A stretch of DNA of 63,409 nt, filler included, from Reticulomyxa filosa (GCA_000512085.1; 14 parts of 14 records of this genome joined end to end with filler, not necessarily neighbours in it), one strand, 5' to 3'. Positions 1-14,003 are shown, counted from the first letter of the whole stretch. Notes: a model not told the origin generated them from the letters alone. Numbers and translations are program-made.

Positions 1-36
1 AAATTGCAATATATGAACTATCGATAATAAATTTTA

Positions 37-68
<32 letters not shown>

Positions 69-118
69 GAGAGGAGTTTTGTCGTGGCAAAAATTCTATT
101 CAAAAAAAATTTAACAAA

Positions 119-1105
119 TTATTGTTTTATACACTTGCTGCTGTCTCTATTCATAATGAAGTGTTCTTTCGGAATTGAAGTCGCCAAGTAACGACGCGGG
201 GAAGTAGAGATAGATCTATACCGCTTATCACACTTAGTATAAATGGCAATTCTCCCGTGCCCGCCTTTGTTTGGTTGTTTAGTGTAGCTGTGATTACCTC
301 CACCTAAACACCAAATAGTTCCAAATTGTTGAGGGACATCATGTGGAGCTTGCACCACAATAAGGATGGAGCCACCACTTCCTCCACCGCCTCCAACCTG
401 TTTTAACCCTCCGAAATGGCGCAAATGTATTCCACGATGTCCGTTGCAGCTGATGTGACCTTCATTGGCAATTTGTCCTTGCACAATAATTTCAATGATC
501 CCCCCTCCATCTCCTCCTTCCAATTCGTCTCCACAGGGCTTATACATTGCAGAGCCACCCCCACTTCCAAAGTGAATCTCTTTCAGCAATGTTTCTTCCC
601 CATACAATCTTCCGTTTCGCCCATGTCCATCCACAGCATTGAATGATGCACCCTTCGTACCATAACTTGCACCCCCGCCTCCACGTAGCTCTTTGGAGGC
701 TTTTTCACCTTTTCCAAGTCCTGTATCGCATGGGTATCCTAAACAATCGCACGATATTGAACACGATTTCCCAATTCGTAAATGACTCGTCTTGATCTTC
801 AAATGTCCTAAGTCGTTTTTATTTCTCTCTCTATTGCAATCCACTGTCAATTTGTTGTTTTCTCCCATTATAAATACTCCAAATTTGAAGTGATGCCATT
901 TGTGATTCTCAAGCTTTATTTTACGTTCCTTTTCGCACATCAATAAAAAGTCTACTCCATTTTTCAATTTTGGGCTCAGTTTCTCTGAGAGCACCCAACT
1001 GTACATCATCGTACAAGTCTTTATACATTCTATTTTTTCCTCTTTCTTTTTTTTTCTATTTGTTTCCCTATCTAAGGAAGTCGTCATTATTCTTTTGATA
1101 AGCAA
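119..1105 (-). CDS. Glycine-rich domain protein (GGGGASYG / GSGGG / GGxGGG / GGGSGGSILI motifs); true start uncertain
   Basis: 328-aa ORF; C-terminal two thirds has short poly-Gly runs alternating with hydrophobic beta-strands. Confidence 0.65.
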   Translation of the reverse strand: MLIKRIMTTSLDRETNRKKKKEEKIECIKTCTMMYSWVLSEKLSPKLKNGVDFLLMCEKERKIKLENHKWHHFKFGVFIMGENNKLTVDCNRERNKNDLGHLKIKTSHLRIGKSCSISCDCLGYPCDTGLGKGEKASKELRGGGGASYGTKGASFNAVDGHGRNGRLYGEETLLKEIHFGSGGGSAMYKPCGDELEGGDGGGIIEIIVQGQIANEGHISCNGHRGIHLRHFGGLKQVGGGGGSGGSILIVVQAPHDVPQQFGTIWCLGGGNHSYTKQPNKGGHGRIAIYTKCDKRYRSISTSPRRYLATSIPKEHFIMNRDSSKCIKQ

Positions 1106-1439
1106 TTATTTACTTGAATTACTTTGCACTAAGGTTTTTATCAAAATTAAAAGGAGAATAAAAGTTCACTTGAAGCCACTTCGTCCTTGCTTTATTAGTC
1201 GTTTCTATTGGAGGCGGACTTGAGAGGCAAATCTAGAAGAACACAAATAAATTGTCATTTGAACAAAATTTGACAAAGAGTCTCAAGCATCAAAAAATAA
1301 GTAAATACCATTTAAGTATATTTTCTCAGTAATTCAACTACAAAGTTTTTTTTATTATTTTCTTCTGGACTCAATGAAATAATGCTCCTACTCCTTTTGG
1401 AAGTGTGGTTCACCAATGTTATGTTTGAAAAAATTCTAT

Positions 1440-4400
1440 CTATATGTGAGTTCTTTTGGTCCACTTACTGTTTCCTTTATCGATTGTGTATCCATCAATT
1501 TCATCAAAAATAACTGGCGAAGCATTATCTCAAGGATTTGTTTGCAATTTTCAAAAAGATTATAAACTCGCAAAAGTGAAAAAAGAAAATTCCTGAATCT
1601 CCTAAAAGTGGCTATAAAAGATGTTTGTTGGAAAAGCGTTACAAGTTGAAGAAAGAAAGAAACATGGCAAAAATAGAAAAACAACAAAAAAACTGAAAGA
1701 CTATTACAACGGTCAAGACAAACTCGTTCCATTATTTGATGATCCTCCGCAATCGATTGACGATTGCTATATTCGATTGGTTCTTTTGACTCAACAGCAG
1801 TTTCAAAACAGAAAAGATCAGATGACAAAAAAAAACAATGAAGAGAAAGAAGATGAAAAATGGCCAGATACACTAGATTACTCATTAATCTATGATAATA
1901 AGCAAGAGATAATAGAATTGGAAGACATTTGGAAAAAAAGAAAAAAAGAAGAAGAAAAAAGTGAGTTAGAAATGCATCACATTAGTATTCATGGGGAAGC
2001 AGGGACAGGGAAAAGTGTATTGACGCAAAGAATTGCATATTTATGGGCAAATAAACAAATGTGGAACGATAAATTTCAATGGTTGTTGCACATTCCTTTG
2101 AGAAGAATTGCAAACATTTTTGACAAATTGAAGGATAGAAATGATAATAACATTGAAAGCCAATGGTCAAAAAAATAATGAACGAATTGAACATTCCACA
2201 ATGGAATACAAAGGATACAGGGTTTATTGTGCGTTCAAAGGATGGATTGTTGGTATTGGATGGATTTGATGAAATTGCAAAATGAATTGAATACAAAACC
2301 AGGTTTGAAACTATGGTTACAACATTGTACTGACAACAAAAACTATTGTGTGATTATAACAAATTCGTCCCAATGCAACGTGTTCATATTTGAATTGTAA
2401 TACAAGAAGATTTAATATCATTGGATTTCGAAAACAGGATATCCAAAATTATGTTTGTACCCATATTTTCAAAATATTTCAAATAGTGATAACAATTACC
2501 AGGCAGATTTGTTGATCCAAGAATTGAACGATAATCCGAGTTTGCAATTATTGACTCATACTCCGCTGTATTTGCGCTTGTTTTGTTATCTTGCAAGACA
2601 AAAAATGCTTGAAGTGAATGAGCAAAAAAGAAGATCAAGTCGAAGACAAAACATTTAGGATATCACATAGTATGTCTGTTTCGAAATTGTACGAACAATT
2701 ATTGATATGCTATATGAAATGGAATTGGACAAAATTGAATGGAACAAAGAATACAATAGATGAGCAAACTATGTTCAATATTTTTGAAATGGAGATTGCT
2801 TATTTGTCACATCTTGCATGGGAAGGGTTGAAACGTGGACAAGCTATCATTTCTTGTGAGATACAAGAAAAAGTATTAAATGGTATTAACATAAGATATC
2901 CACGCAAACATATTTCAGTTGCATCTCAATGGTCTCGAATTCATTCATTTGGCTTTTTGCAAGGACAAGAAACGATGAATCCAATACATCCAACTAACTC
3001 AGTGTATTTTCCTCATTTGACTTTTCAAGAATGGCTTGCTGCTTATTATTTGGCCTGCTGTTTGTATCAACCAATTGAAACAAATCACCATCAACAAGTA
3101 CGTTCTGTTTTGATCAATGAACAATTTACTCCCAAATATTCAATGACGATACCATTTATGGCCGGGATATTATATGATAATATTGAAAATAAAAAGGATA
3201 TTGATGGATCTGGTTTATTGTATTTTTGGAAATTATTGCGCTACTAATCCTTTTCTCAATTCGTTTTTATTCATCAAATGATGTTACAAATTCGCTGTCT
3301 TGATGCTTGTAAAGCAGACACAAGCAGCTCATTTCTTCCATTTCAACTTCAAACTTATCATAAAACACTCATTGCTTCATTCAAATCCTTTCTGATTTCT
3401 TGGATCAATTTTGATAAGGATATTAAGTATGCTTATAACTATTCATATCGAATCGTGCAGAGACCATTTAATAAAGTGATAGAGTTACATTTACCCAATT
3501 TGCAACATGCCCTTATTCACCCAGATGTACACTCGTGTGTTATAGATCAACTCAATTTGGTTCAATCACAATTGAATAGCCTTGATAAGTATTTAATAGA
3601 AGACAGATTCTGGATATTGAAGCACTTATGTATATCTACACAATCATCAAAGATTATTATACAATGTTTTCAACAAGGCATTCGACATCGGGAACAAATA
3701 ATTCGATGCCTTTCTGTGGATGCAATCGAAACAATAGTGGCAAAAGTGAGTGAAACACAATTAGATGATGCAGTTGATATTTTACTGGATGAGATTTGTG
3801 AGTCAAATAAAGATGTTCATAAAAATGTGCGGTGTTGCTTGCAAAAATATCATGTAACATGAATGAAAGACAGTTGAATAATGCTTTTAAACATTTGATG
3901 AATGTATTTAACAACAAAAGGCTTGTTCTATGCAACTTATGTGCAAATACGCTGGGAGCAATTGTAGTAAGATTGAACGAAGAACAAGTTAATGATGCCT
4001 TAGACTATATATTACTAAATTTGGATATTAACAGTACAACTATTCTTCGGGCATGTCAAAATGTACTTGAAATAATATTAACAAAATTGAACGAAAAACA
4101 ACTAGTTCGTATTTTTGAATGCTTGTTGAATGGACCGACAAATGGTCGAAATGCTTCGTCGTTTGCAAAAATATTTGAAGCACTTGCAATGCGATTGGAC
4201 ATAAGACAATTGGATGATGTTTTTCTATATTTGATGAACAGGTCGCAAGATGAAAAAAAAGCTGTTCGTCGATGTCGTGTAAAAGTGCTTGAAAAAATTT
4301 TGATAAAATGGGATCAAGTGCAATTTAGTGCTGTTTTTTGAATGTATAATGGATGAATTAATCAACACAAAGGACAAACCTGCGTATCAACAATTCACAG

Positions 4401-7400
4401 AGTTATATAGGCTCATTTCTGTGCAATCGAATAGAACACACTTGAATATTGCTTTCAAATATTTGATGAAGGGATTGAAACACAGCAAACGATGTGTTCG
4501 AAAGCTATGTATTGACGTACTGGGAGCAATGCCAATGAAATGGAATAAGACGCAATCGAATAATCTCTTTGTTTATTTGATGAAGAATGTATCCAAAGAT
4601 GAAAATGAAAATGTTCGTTATTCATGTGCACAAGCAATGCAAAATTTTTTACTATTGCGATTACAACGGGATGAAAAGCAATTGATTAATGCTGTTTTCA
4701 ATTATTTGGTGAATGGATTCAATGACGTAAATAAAAACGATCAGTTTTCATGTGCAGAATCAATTGGAAGGATAGCAGCTAAATTGGGTAAGAAACAATT
4801 GAATATTACTTTCCGATATCTGAAAGATAGACTGAGCAATAAACACGAAGATATGTTAATTCGAATGTCTTGTGCAGAGTCTCTTGGAAGAATGGCAATG
4901 AAATTAGATACAAGGCAATGGAGTACCATTTTGGAATGTTTGAAGGCTGTGCTAGATGATAATAATGAAAACTTATTTGTGCATAAATATTGTATACATT
5001 CACTTGAAAGACTCATAGCAAAGACAAATAAACCTGTTAATATGTTATCTGTGCAATCGCTTAAACCAGTCTTAAAGAAATGCAAGCAAAAGCAATTTGA
5101 TAATATCATCTCCAGTTTGATAGATGGACTCAAAGAAGAAGATGTTCGTTCTTACTGCGTAGAAGCGCTTACAAATCTCTTATCAAGATTAAATGAAAGG
5201 CAATTGGATCACTGGCTTTACTATTTAATGAATAAAATCAATGATGCTTATACAAATAGCATTGAAATTGAATGAAATACAAATAAGTACTTTACTTGAC
5301 TCTTTAAAGGACAAATTCAATCATAAAGACCATCGTATTCGCAATCCATGTGCAAATCTGATTAAAGCAATGTCATCGAGATTGAATGAACGACAACTAG
5401 ATGATATACTTCAATCACTAACAGATGAATTCAATTATAGTGGTGGCGATGTGCACTCTTCATGCGCTGAAATACTTCGGATAATATCAGCAAAACTGAG
5501 TAATCGACAATTAGATAGCGCATTGCAATGTTTAAAATATGCATTCAAACATAAGAAGCGCAACATTCGGGATTCATGTGCAGAAATACTGCAAAAAATA
5601 GCCACACAAATGAATGAACAACAAATAACTAATGTATTTGAATTTTTAATGGATGGATTCAATGGTGTAAATGGTGATGTTCGTGATTTATGTGCAAAAG
5701 CTCTGCTAACAATTGTAAGACAACTGAATGATAGGGAATTATATCTATTGCTGAACAACTTTTTACCAAAATTAAAAAAGGGTCATTGGGATATACGCGA
5801 CAAGATAAATCCTGTATTGTCAGAAATATCAGACGAAATGTGGAAGTGTGTTACAATTGCTTTGTTGCAAAAAAATGAACAGATGAAAGACAGCAGGGAT
5901 AACAATGAAATGGAATTACTGGCATTTGGTTTATTAACATATAGTCCTCTTATTCAATTCGATTGCGATAGTGATGATGACAATACTATTAACTCGAATG
6001 CTTTCAATACATTGAGAGATTGTTGCAACAGACAAATAATAGAATGGGGTTTTTCGATTCGACAAGAATGACACTTTACAAATTAAGGTACAATTACAAC
6101 GTCCTAGTTGTAATATACATAAAAATCATTATACCACTGTTCACGAAATAACACAATTGGGTGATTTATCACAGTTGAAATTTACATTGGAACATTATTG
6201 TATTGATATCAATGATGTATTTAACGAACATGGACAAACTTTGTTGCATGTAGCAATACATAACAAACATTGGAATGTTGCACGTTATTGCATTAACCAG
6301 GGTGCATGGATTGATATTAGGGAATGTGTCTTGAGTGCAACCACTTCAGAAACACCTTTTGAATATATTGATCGAACTTGTTAATAAAGAGAATAACAAC
6401 GATATAAAAAATGAAAAAGAGTATTTAGAAATGGTACAATTGTGCAAGTTAATGCTAAAGAAACGAACGAATTTTCCAATGAAACAAATTGAATATGCAA
6501 TTGATTATGTCAAAGATAAATTAATTGACGAAGATGGTGTTAGCAAAGTCGTCGATGCTGAAAGTTATGAGATATTGTTACAAGAAGGTGCAACCTTCTT
6601 ATTGGGAGTAAGTCAAACAGAATTACAAAAAATGTTGATCAATGACAATCTATTTTATTGGGCAGTTGGTCGAAATATTGTATTTATCAAAAATGAAAAT
6701 TTGGATCAAAAAAGATTTGATGAAGGATGGTTGGTAATGACATTTTTGATGTATCGAATATTTTTATTGTTTGAAATATGTGTTCGATTGAAACGAGAAA
6801 GGAGATATAACGTTGAATTACCAAAGAACATGGCATTTGAGCAGGTGTATGAAAAAGGAGTGAAAGAATTGTAAGTGCAATTGACAACATATTGGGATTA
6901 CATCACAGCTATGAAGCTTCATTACAGATATCCAAATTTACTTGATGATTGGAGTTCGAATGTGGTTGAGCGCTTAATGAATTTAAAACCAATCTCATCC
7001 AATAATGAATGTTGTGAAATGAGTTTAGTGGTTGGTCATGAAGGTCACTCCATTTATTTGAGTTTGTGCAAAACGTCTACTTATATTTTGGTTCGAATCG
7101 ATAATCGATGGATGAACACTGTGCCATACAATACCCCTCATCTCAAGGATCCACACGGATTGATAAAACCGTATTTGCTTGCATATTTTCCATGTAATAG
7201 TATAAACATCAACCCAAATAAGGAATGGTTGAAAAATTACATTAAAAATGCATTTAAATTGAGAAATAATAAACATGATGTAAGTATGAAGCATTTATAT
7301 TGCAGTGAAATTCAATCACCGTGCAATACTCCTCCCCGTGAAAGAAGCCTGCCATCAATTGTAAAGGATTGGCCGTATCGCTCAGCGCAGACTGAGGCAA

Positions 7401-7537
7401 ACAACTGTTATTTGAGGAGTCACAATGTCGGTTATCGAATTCGCTTAGGAGATTTCATTTATGAATGGTTTCGTAATCAAGAAGGCAAGAGTTTTGTGTT
7501 TAATAGAAGCAATTATAACGTATGCATCAACGAATGA
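1440..7537 (+). pseudogene. Disrupted NACHT NTPase-HEAT repeat-ankyrin protein with C-terminal putative Cys-peptidase domain
   Basis: Walker A GEAGTGKS (~1993), Walker B LLVLDGFDE (~2250), FPHLTFQEWLAA (~3008), HEAT repeats (VRYSCAQA, IRDSCAEIL) ~3700-5820, ankyrin GQTLLHVAI (~6232). About 9 frameshifts, mostly at homopolymers, and in-frame stops at 3245, 6069, 6872. No introns evident. Confidence 0.8.
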
Positions 7538-7985
7538 GTCAAAAGTGGGAATACGATTTTATTTGCGTAATTTTTAGAAGAAAAGAGTAAAAAACCAGGT
7601 GAGTTTGTGGAAATTACACCTTAGGTGCAAACAATTTCTAAATTACAATGTACATATTCAAAAAATTGGACATATATTTTTTTTATAAGAAAGATCCCTA
7701 TTTTTCTGCTTGAAAATAACAGTGCTGTTTTTAACACTCTCGAGATAACATATGTAACAAAGTTAATGTAAACAATTGCTTATACTGTATTATACGATAG
7801 GTATTGCGTAAATATTACAAAAACAAAAAATATTTTTTCTCTCCCAGACGCTTTTGTTAATGTTCTCTTTCTCAAACAGTCGAATTAAAAACTAAAGTAA
7901 TCTTTACAATTAAAAAAATAAAGAGAAGAACAAAGTTCAGCTACGGAAAACCAAGATCATTTTTATTTTTTGATAAATACTTGAG

Positions 7986-9132
7986 ATGAATATCACTAGT
8001 AACGAAAGGGAAGATGCGTCACTAGAGTTGGTATGTCTTTCCTTCCATCTGTGTGCAGTCAACAAATGCGTTTTACTGGCAAACAAAATAAGCCAGAAAC
8101 ACAAGTAAAACTAATAATTGAGAATTGGCTTCGAATGGTGGATGTGCAAGTAGGATGGATTCCCGATTTTGACAAAATTATCACTAAATATGTTATGTAT
8201 TTTTTTAAATGTAAGTGCTTGTTTAATCCTTGAATGCGTCCACATAGACCAAGCATTTCAAATTGTTGAAAATTCTTCAAGGTCATAATGGTACAATAAA
8301 AAGCGTAAGATTTTCAGTAGACAGTCGCAAGATTATTTCGTCATCAGGTGATCAAACTACTCGAATATGGGATGTTGAATCAGGACAACAAATTCAAATA
8401 TTTGAAGGACATTCTGACCAAGTGAATGCTGCAGAATTGTCACCAGATGGACACATGGTTGTATCATGTTCATTGGATAATATAGTTCGGTTATGGGATG
8501 TAGAGTCAGGGAAAGAATTGATGAAATTGCAAGGACATTTGAAATCAATTTGGGATGTAAACTTTTCTCCGAATAGTAAAAATATTGTATCAGGATCATC
8601 TGACAAAACAATTCGATTATGGGATGTGAAATCTGGAAAAGAGATTCAAAAACTAGTTGGCCATTTAGGAGGTGTAATGAGTGTAAAATTTTCATCAGAT
8701 GGTCAAATGATTGTATCTTCTTCTAATGACAATACAATTGCTGTATGGAATGTAAAGTCAGGCAAAAGATTGAAGCAGTTGATAGGACACTCTGCTTCTG
8801 TAACGCGAGCAAAATTTTCCCCTGATTCTCGCTTTGTTGTATCTTGTTCGAATGATAAAACAGTTAGAATATGGGATGTAACTTCAGGAAAAGAATTCAA
8901 AAAATTAGGTGAATGTTTATCTATTGTGAGTGAAGTGACATATTTTCCAGATGGCCAAACTATTGCATCTTGTTCATTGGACAAAACAATTCGATTGTGG
9001 GACGTGAAGGCAAAACAGAAAACACAGGTATTTAAAGTATCTTCTGGCTGGATGACAGGAATAGATGTTTCACCAGATGGTAATACAATTGCAGCATGTT
9101 CTTCTGATAAAACAATACGAATTTGGAGGTAA
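7986..9132 (+). CDS. WD40 repeat protein (7 blades) with short N-terminal helical leader
   Basis: Seven GH..FSPD..DKTIRLWD repeats in 8263-9132; leader IIENWLR..GWIPDFDKIITKY; GTTATG..CATAG intron ~8192-8247; first exon/start inferred. Confidence 0.85.
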
Positions 9133-11132
9133 CAAAATTTCACAAACAAGTACACAAAAAATTGATATCATTTGAAATTTCAATGATTATGTCAGTTTTT
9201 TATTTGTTTGTTAATATCAGCAAGTTTCCTTAGAATGAAAATTGCATGAAACAAGCGATATTACTTGAAATTTAACATAAAACAAAAATTGAAGGTTTAT
9301 TGAGTTTAATTTCAACAAATTGTTACCTTTCTTTTCTAAAACTTGCTATCCTATCAAACAAATAGTACCATTATTAGTACAACAGCATACAATATTATCG
9401 TTTTTTTGCTCATATTGGCTGGAAAGTTTGTTAATAATTGAGTGACTTATCATCTTTTCTTGCAAAAGCTTGATCAATTGATCACTTGTAACAACATATC
9501 TTTTTCATCTTCAACAATCACGAGTTTGAGTAATTCTTGCTGTTATTTTTTTAGATTTTTGTATTTCATTGTATTGTCTATTTTTTAAAATAAATAATTT
9601 CGCTCAAAGAAAAGCCTTAAACAAAGAAAATTAATTCTGCTGGCACAAAATGCCAACTGAACGTAGTTGCTTTATTTTGAGTTTTTCAGATATATTCTTT
9701 AATCGAAATTTTCTTCAATTTACGCATGTAAAAAACACTATATCTGGTTTAGACTAACTTTGCTTTGTTATGCAATCTTGTTACAACTGTTTTTTTACAA
9801 AACAGTTTGTTTTTACGTTCCCTTTGTCGAAAAAAAAATGACAGATAGTTCCCCGTGTGCACGCTGAATTTTTAGTAGCTCGTCAAAATTTTACGATTAT
9901 ATAATTATTAATTTTAGCATGTTTTCTTCAGCAAAAAAAATTGAAAATTGTGATCAAGTTTATTGTAGATTTATCGATTCAACATTTCAACAATCAATAG
10001 CCAGGTTTCATACGACAAGTTAAAACAAAGATGTTAGGAGTCGTTTTTTGTTTTCTTAAAAAAGTTAATTGGGCCATAGATTTGCCTGTAACGGGTAAAG
10101 AAGCGTTTTTCTAGTGTTGGAAAAAAAGGACTCCTAAATTCGGACAGAACTTCCTTTAAACTACTAGGGCTTGCTCTGCAGCCCCTTACTGTCAGAAAGG
10201 CTGATGTAAATACAACCTATTCACATTTTCACTAAGAGTTATCGAACAGTATACGCAAAAAGCAAAAAAAGATTGAAGACTTGAAAACAATAATTTCGGG
10301 TTTTTTCGATTAAATACCACAAGAGTGGACAAAGAGCAAAATAGTAGTAACATGCATTACATGTTTTTTAGATGATGTTTAGTATTGTATCAGGAGATGG
10401 AATGAAAGGACGTTGGAAGATAAAACAAAAGAGAAAAATTAAGCTGGTGTAAAAGATTGTGAAACTTGTTTCATTTTAGTTAAGAATTTTTTAAATACAA
10501 GATAAAAAAAAATGAACACAATTTTTTATCACTAAAAGTTTGAGCATTACAAAAACCGAAAAATAAATTTTTTCTTACTTGGCAAAAAAGGTGTCTATCA
10601 AAAGAAAAATGGTCAATGAAAATTATGAGTTCCCGAATGAACGACAAAAATAGACGAAACAAATATATAAAAGCGTCAGTTACGAATCAACATCAAAATA
10701 TTCCAAATTATTTTTCTTAAATGATCGACAAAAATGTGGAACTTTATCCTGATTTTTTTGTAACAAGTACAAAGTGGTTTTTTGTCACTCATGTACACAA
10801 TTTTGCTTTTTCATGCTTTGTCTTGGATTGAGCAAATGCCATGGTACCTTTTTCCATGTGTCTAGTTGTTTATTTTTTAAAAATCCAATTCAAAAATATC
10901 GTAAAGTACATCGTTGCAGTTTGAGGAGCATTTGCACTGCAATTTTTAACTTCCATCAGGATCAAAGTTTTTATGAATTACTTTTTTAAAAAAAATTGAG
11001 CTATGAAAAGATCCTTATCATTACACCAAAAAAAAAAAAAAAACTCGAACAAAATGTGGAGCAAAAAAATTCACAACTCGTATAGTTCAACATTTTTATG
11101 CATGTACAAACACAGACAATCTGTCTATTGCA

Positions 11133-12204
11133 TTAGCATTTACACAAGCAAATGGCATCGAAAATAGGTTTTGCAAAAGCAAATGACAATAACATGGACG
11201 AGCAATTGACACAGTTGTCAATGGCCGTCATCGACCAAAATGCATCATACCAACCAGGTACAAACAGTGACAAGTACAAAGCAGTAGCAACTATCTCTTT
11301 GATCAAGAACAATCGCAACAGTTTTTTCATATAATCTTTCAAATCTTTTTGGATATTGTGATTTACCATTGCCTTCTCATTTGCAATCTTTTTTTTTTTT
11401 TGGACATACTCTAAAAAAACTTGTGAAAGAAAAGGGGGGGAAGGGGGAGAGGAAAAATATTCAAATAAAAACACAACGTACTTATATATACATGCACACA
11501 CAAAAGACATATTTAACTTTGTGAATGTGATACAGTAAAAAAGTGAATAAGGTGATATTCCAAAAAATATTAAGGCAAACTGAAGATAAAAGGAGTGATG
11601 ATGCTACAGGATTTGAGTAATTACAGTGACTAAATTGCATGAATAGGTTGTAACCAAACAACGCAATGGCAAAGGTAGCCATTGGGGTAATCGCCAAAAA
11701 ATATCCTATCCAATTTGGTATTTCAAAAGCACTTCCTTGCAAAAGTACCGTCGCACGTACCACGTAAAATGCATACAAAAGCCCTTGGGTGAACACTCGC
11801 ACGTATATTACACGCAGTCCACGATAGCACACTTCAACATTTTCCATCAACGCATAGGCCAAATGTTCACACGCATTCCCAGCACATGCGAGAAAACATC
11901 CAATTGCGGATAGAGTCACTATCCACTTTACCTTTTTATCAATTACTATTTGTCTTCTTGCACTCTTTTCTGCAACTGTGGACGTACTTACGCTCAATTC
12001 CGTTATTGTACCACTCTTTTGTACAGACAATTGAATCTCCTTTGCCAGCTCACTACCTACCCTTTCTCTTGTCACCGCCCAAAGGTTGCGCCAGACCACG
12101 TACAACAGGCAAAGACAGTACACACTGCCGAATAAACTGAATGTTAGATTGCTATATAATGCAAGTTCAGAACGGAAACCTGCATGTTGAGCATTCAAAC
12201 GCAT
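11133..12204 (-). CDS. Seven-transmembrane (GPCR-like) membrane protein, 2 exons
   Basis: About 7 hydrophobic segments across ORFs 11482-12213 and 11133-11510, joined by intron 11517-11388 (GTTAAA..AAAAG). Confidence 0.65.
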
Positions 12205-14003
12205 ATTATTCAAAAAATTTTTTACAGGAAAAAAAGTGCTGCAAAAAGCCTAACAGGATTTTTTCAAAGTAAACACTTGTTAAAGTATGAAAGGTTATAT
12301 CACTTGATTAGAAACTCATGAGGTTAATATCGAACATAAAATTAGGGTGAGCCATAATTTAATAAATTTATTGTTAATTATGTTGTGTTTATTTGCTTTT
12401 CATTTAAAAATATTATTTTCTATACGCATATTATATCTAACATATCCGGTTATTTCTTCATTTTGATACGCTTTCTTCTTTATCTAAATTACGCAAAACA
12501 TTCACTGATTCTGTGCATAGTTTTGATTATATTATATTCGATGAGTGTTAGTCCTTTGTTCTACGAATATTATCGAATGAATCGTTTTAAAAACTGCAAC
12601 AAAATACGTAAAAAAGAGCACAGAAAATGACAGAAATGCCAAAATATGTAATCTCCTTCAATTTACACATATTCCACATGCAAATTCAATAGATTTAAAA
12701 TAATTGGCTATTCTCATTGATAAAAGTATTCTTCAGACCAGGAGATGTAAGTCAAGCAGAATATTACAACGCCGACAAACAAAACAAACAATTAATCCGT
12801 ACATAGCCCAATGACAAGTATAATAATATACTACATAGTTTGAACGGTGTTATAGCTGGTAATTTAATAACTACGCTTTGAACAGTACGTATTTTAAATT
12901 TCTTATTTTTTTAACAGTACAACATTAAATAATATGTTTAATCTCGTTTATTTGTCACATTGTGCACTTCTAAAAATCAATGTAAATTGTGGACGAGCAG
13001 CAAAATACTTAACGCAAACGCATCAACCTAACTTTATATATGTTATATAACACAACTAATGTATATTTGCGTATATCAGTGTTAACAAATTTTATAAGCT
13101 ATCTTGAAGAATTTCTAATCAAAGAGATAGCCGATGACTGTGCTGAGTGATGGTCGCATGAAATTTAACTACTTTAAAACTTTTTCTTTGTTTCACTTTA
13201 ATACAAGTTGAAATGGAACAAATTGTAAAATATTAGTTACGTAGTGTACATCAAATTGCGAGTGTAATAACAAAAAATTGATTTTTCGGTTACGGAGGTT
13301 ACTTCGCAGAAAAAACTCTTAAGAATAATTGTAATTTCAACATATAATTATACATTGCCTTTTGAAAAGCTAGGACCCGCATCAGATACATTTTTGTTTA
13401 GCTGGAACTGATCGAAAAGCCATGAAAATGGGAAAAAAGAAAACCTATACTGTATGTGACGTTTAAACCTTGACTTCTTTACCTATTTTACTGCGAGATA
13501 TTCAATGCATTGTACGCAACGATGAAACCTTTACTGTACGTGCATGACAATGATAACAACTACGATTGATTAGTAGTATAGCTAATAATATTATTCGTCA
13601 TTCAGGAATATCGGCATATTTAATTTAAATCATGTAAAGAAAGATATGCAACTGACAGATCACTTGATTCAATATCATTGCTTTGTGTCAAGGATAATAA
13701 AAAAATAATGAAATGATATTATTTCATAAAAATGTAGATTAAGTATTAAATATAATGAAGACAATAACATCTACCATTGTCATAATGTATACATTTGTAC
13801 GCAAACGAGATCAGTCACGTTGTATGAACATGTTCATGTTGATAATTTTTTTTTAGTAGAAATAATTATAAGTCTGATACTTCAAAAGGGTTTTATGCAA
13901 TAATACATATTTGAAATTTAAATATATTTTACCGCTAGTATTGAATAATACTAAGCAAAGACAATATGTCAGTGAATATGATTGAAGAATACAAAGATAA
14001 AAA

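Noticed and set aside
2170-4341. Euplotes-type programmed frameshifting (AAA-TAA 2176, AAA-TGA 2283, TTT-TGA 4339)
   Set aside because: Other shifts in the same gene are not at stops, stops follow shifts by chance in AT-rich DNA, and the housekeeping genes here show none.
3245-6874. Stop-codon reassignment (in-frame TAA/TGA)
   Set aside because: Conserved genes (Orn, prolidase, MAPK, MGAT1) have no internal stops and end in TAA/TAG.
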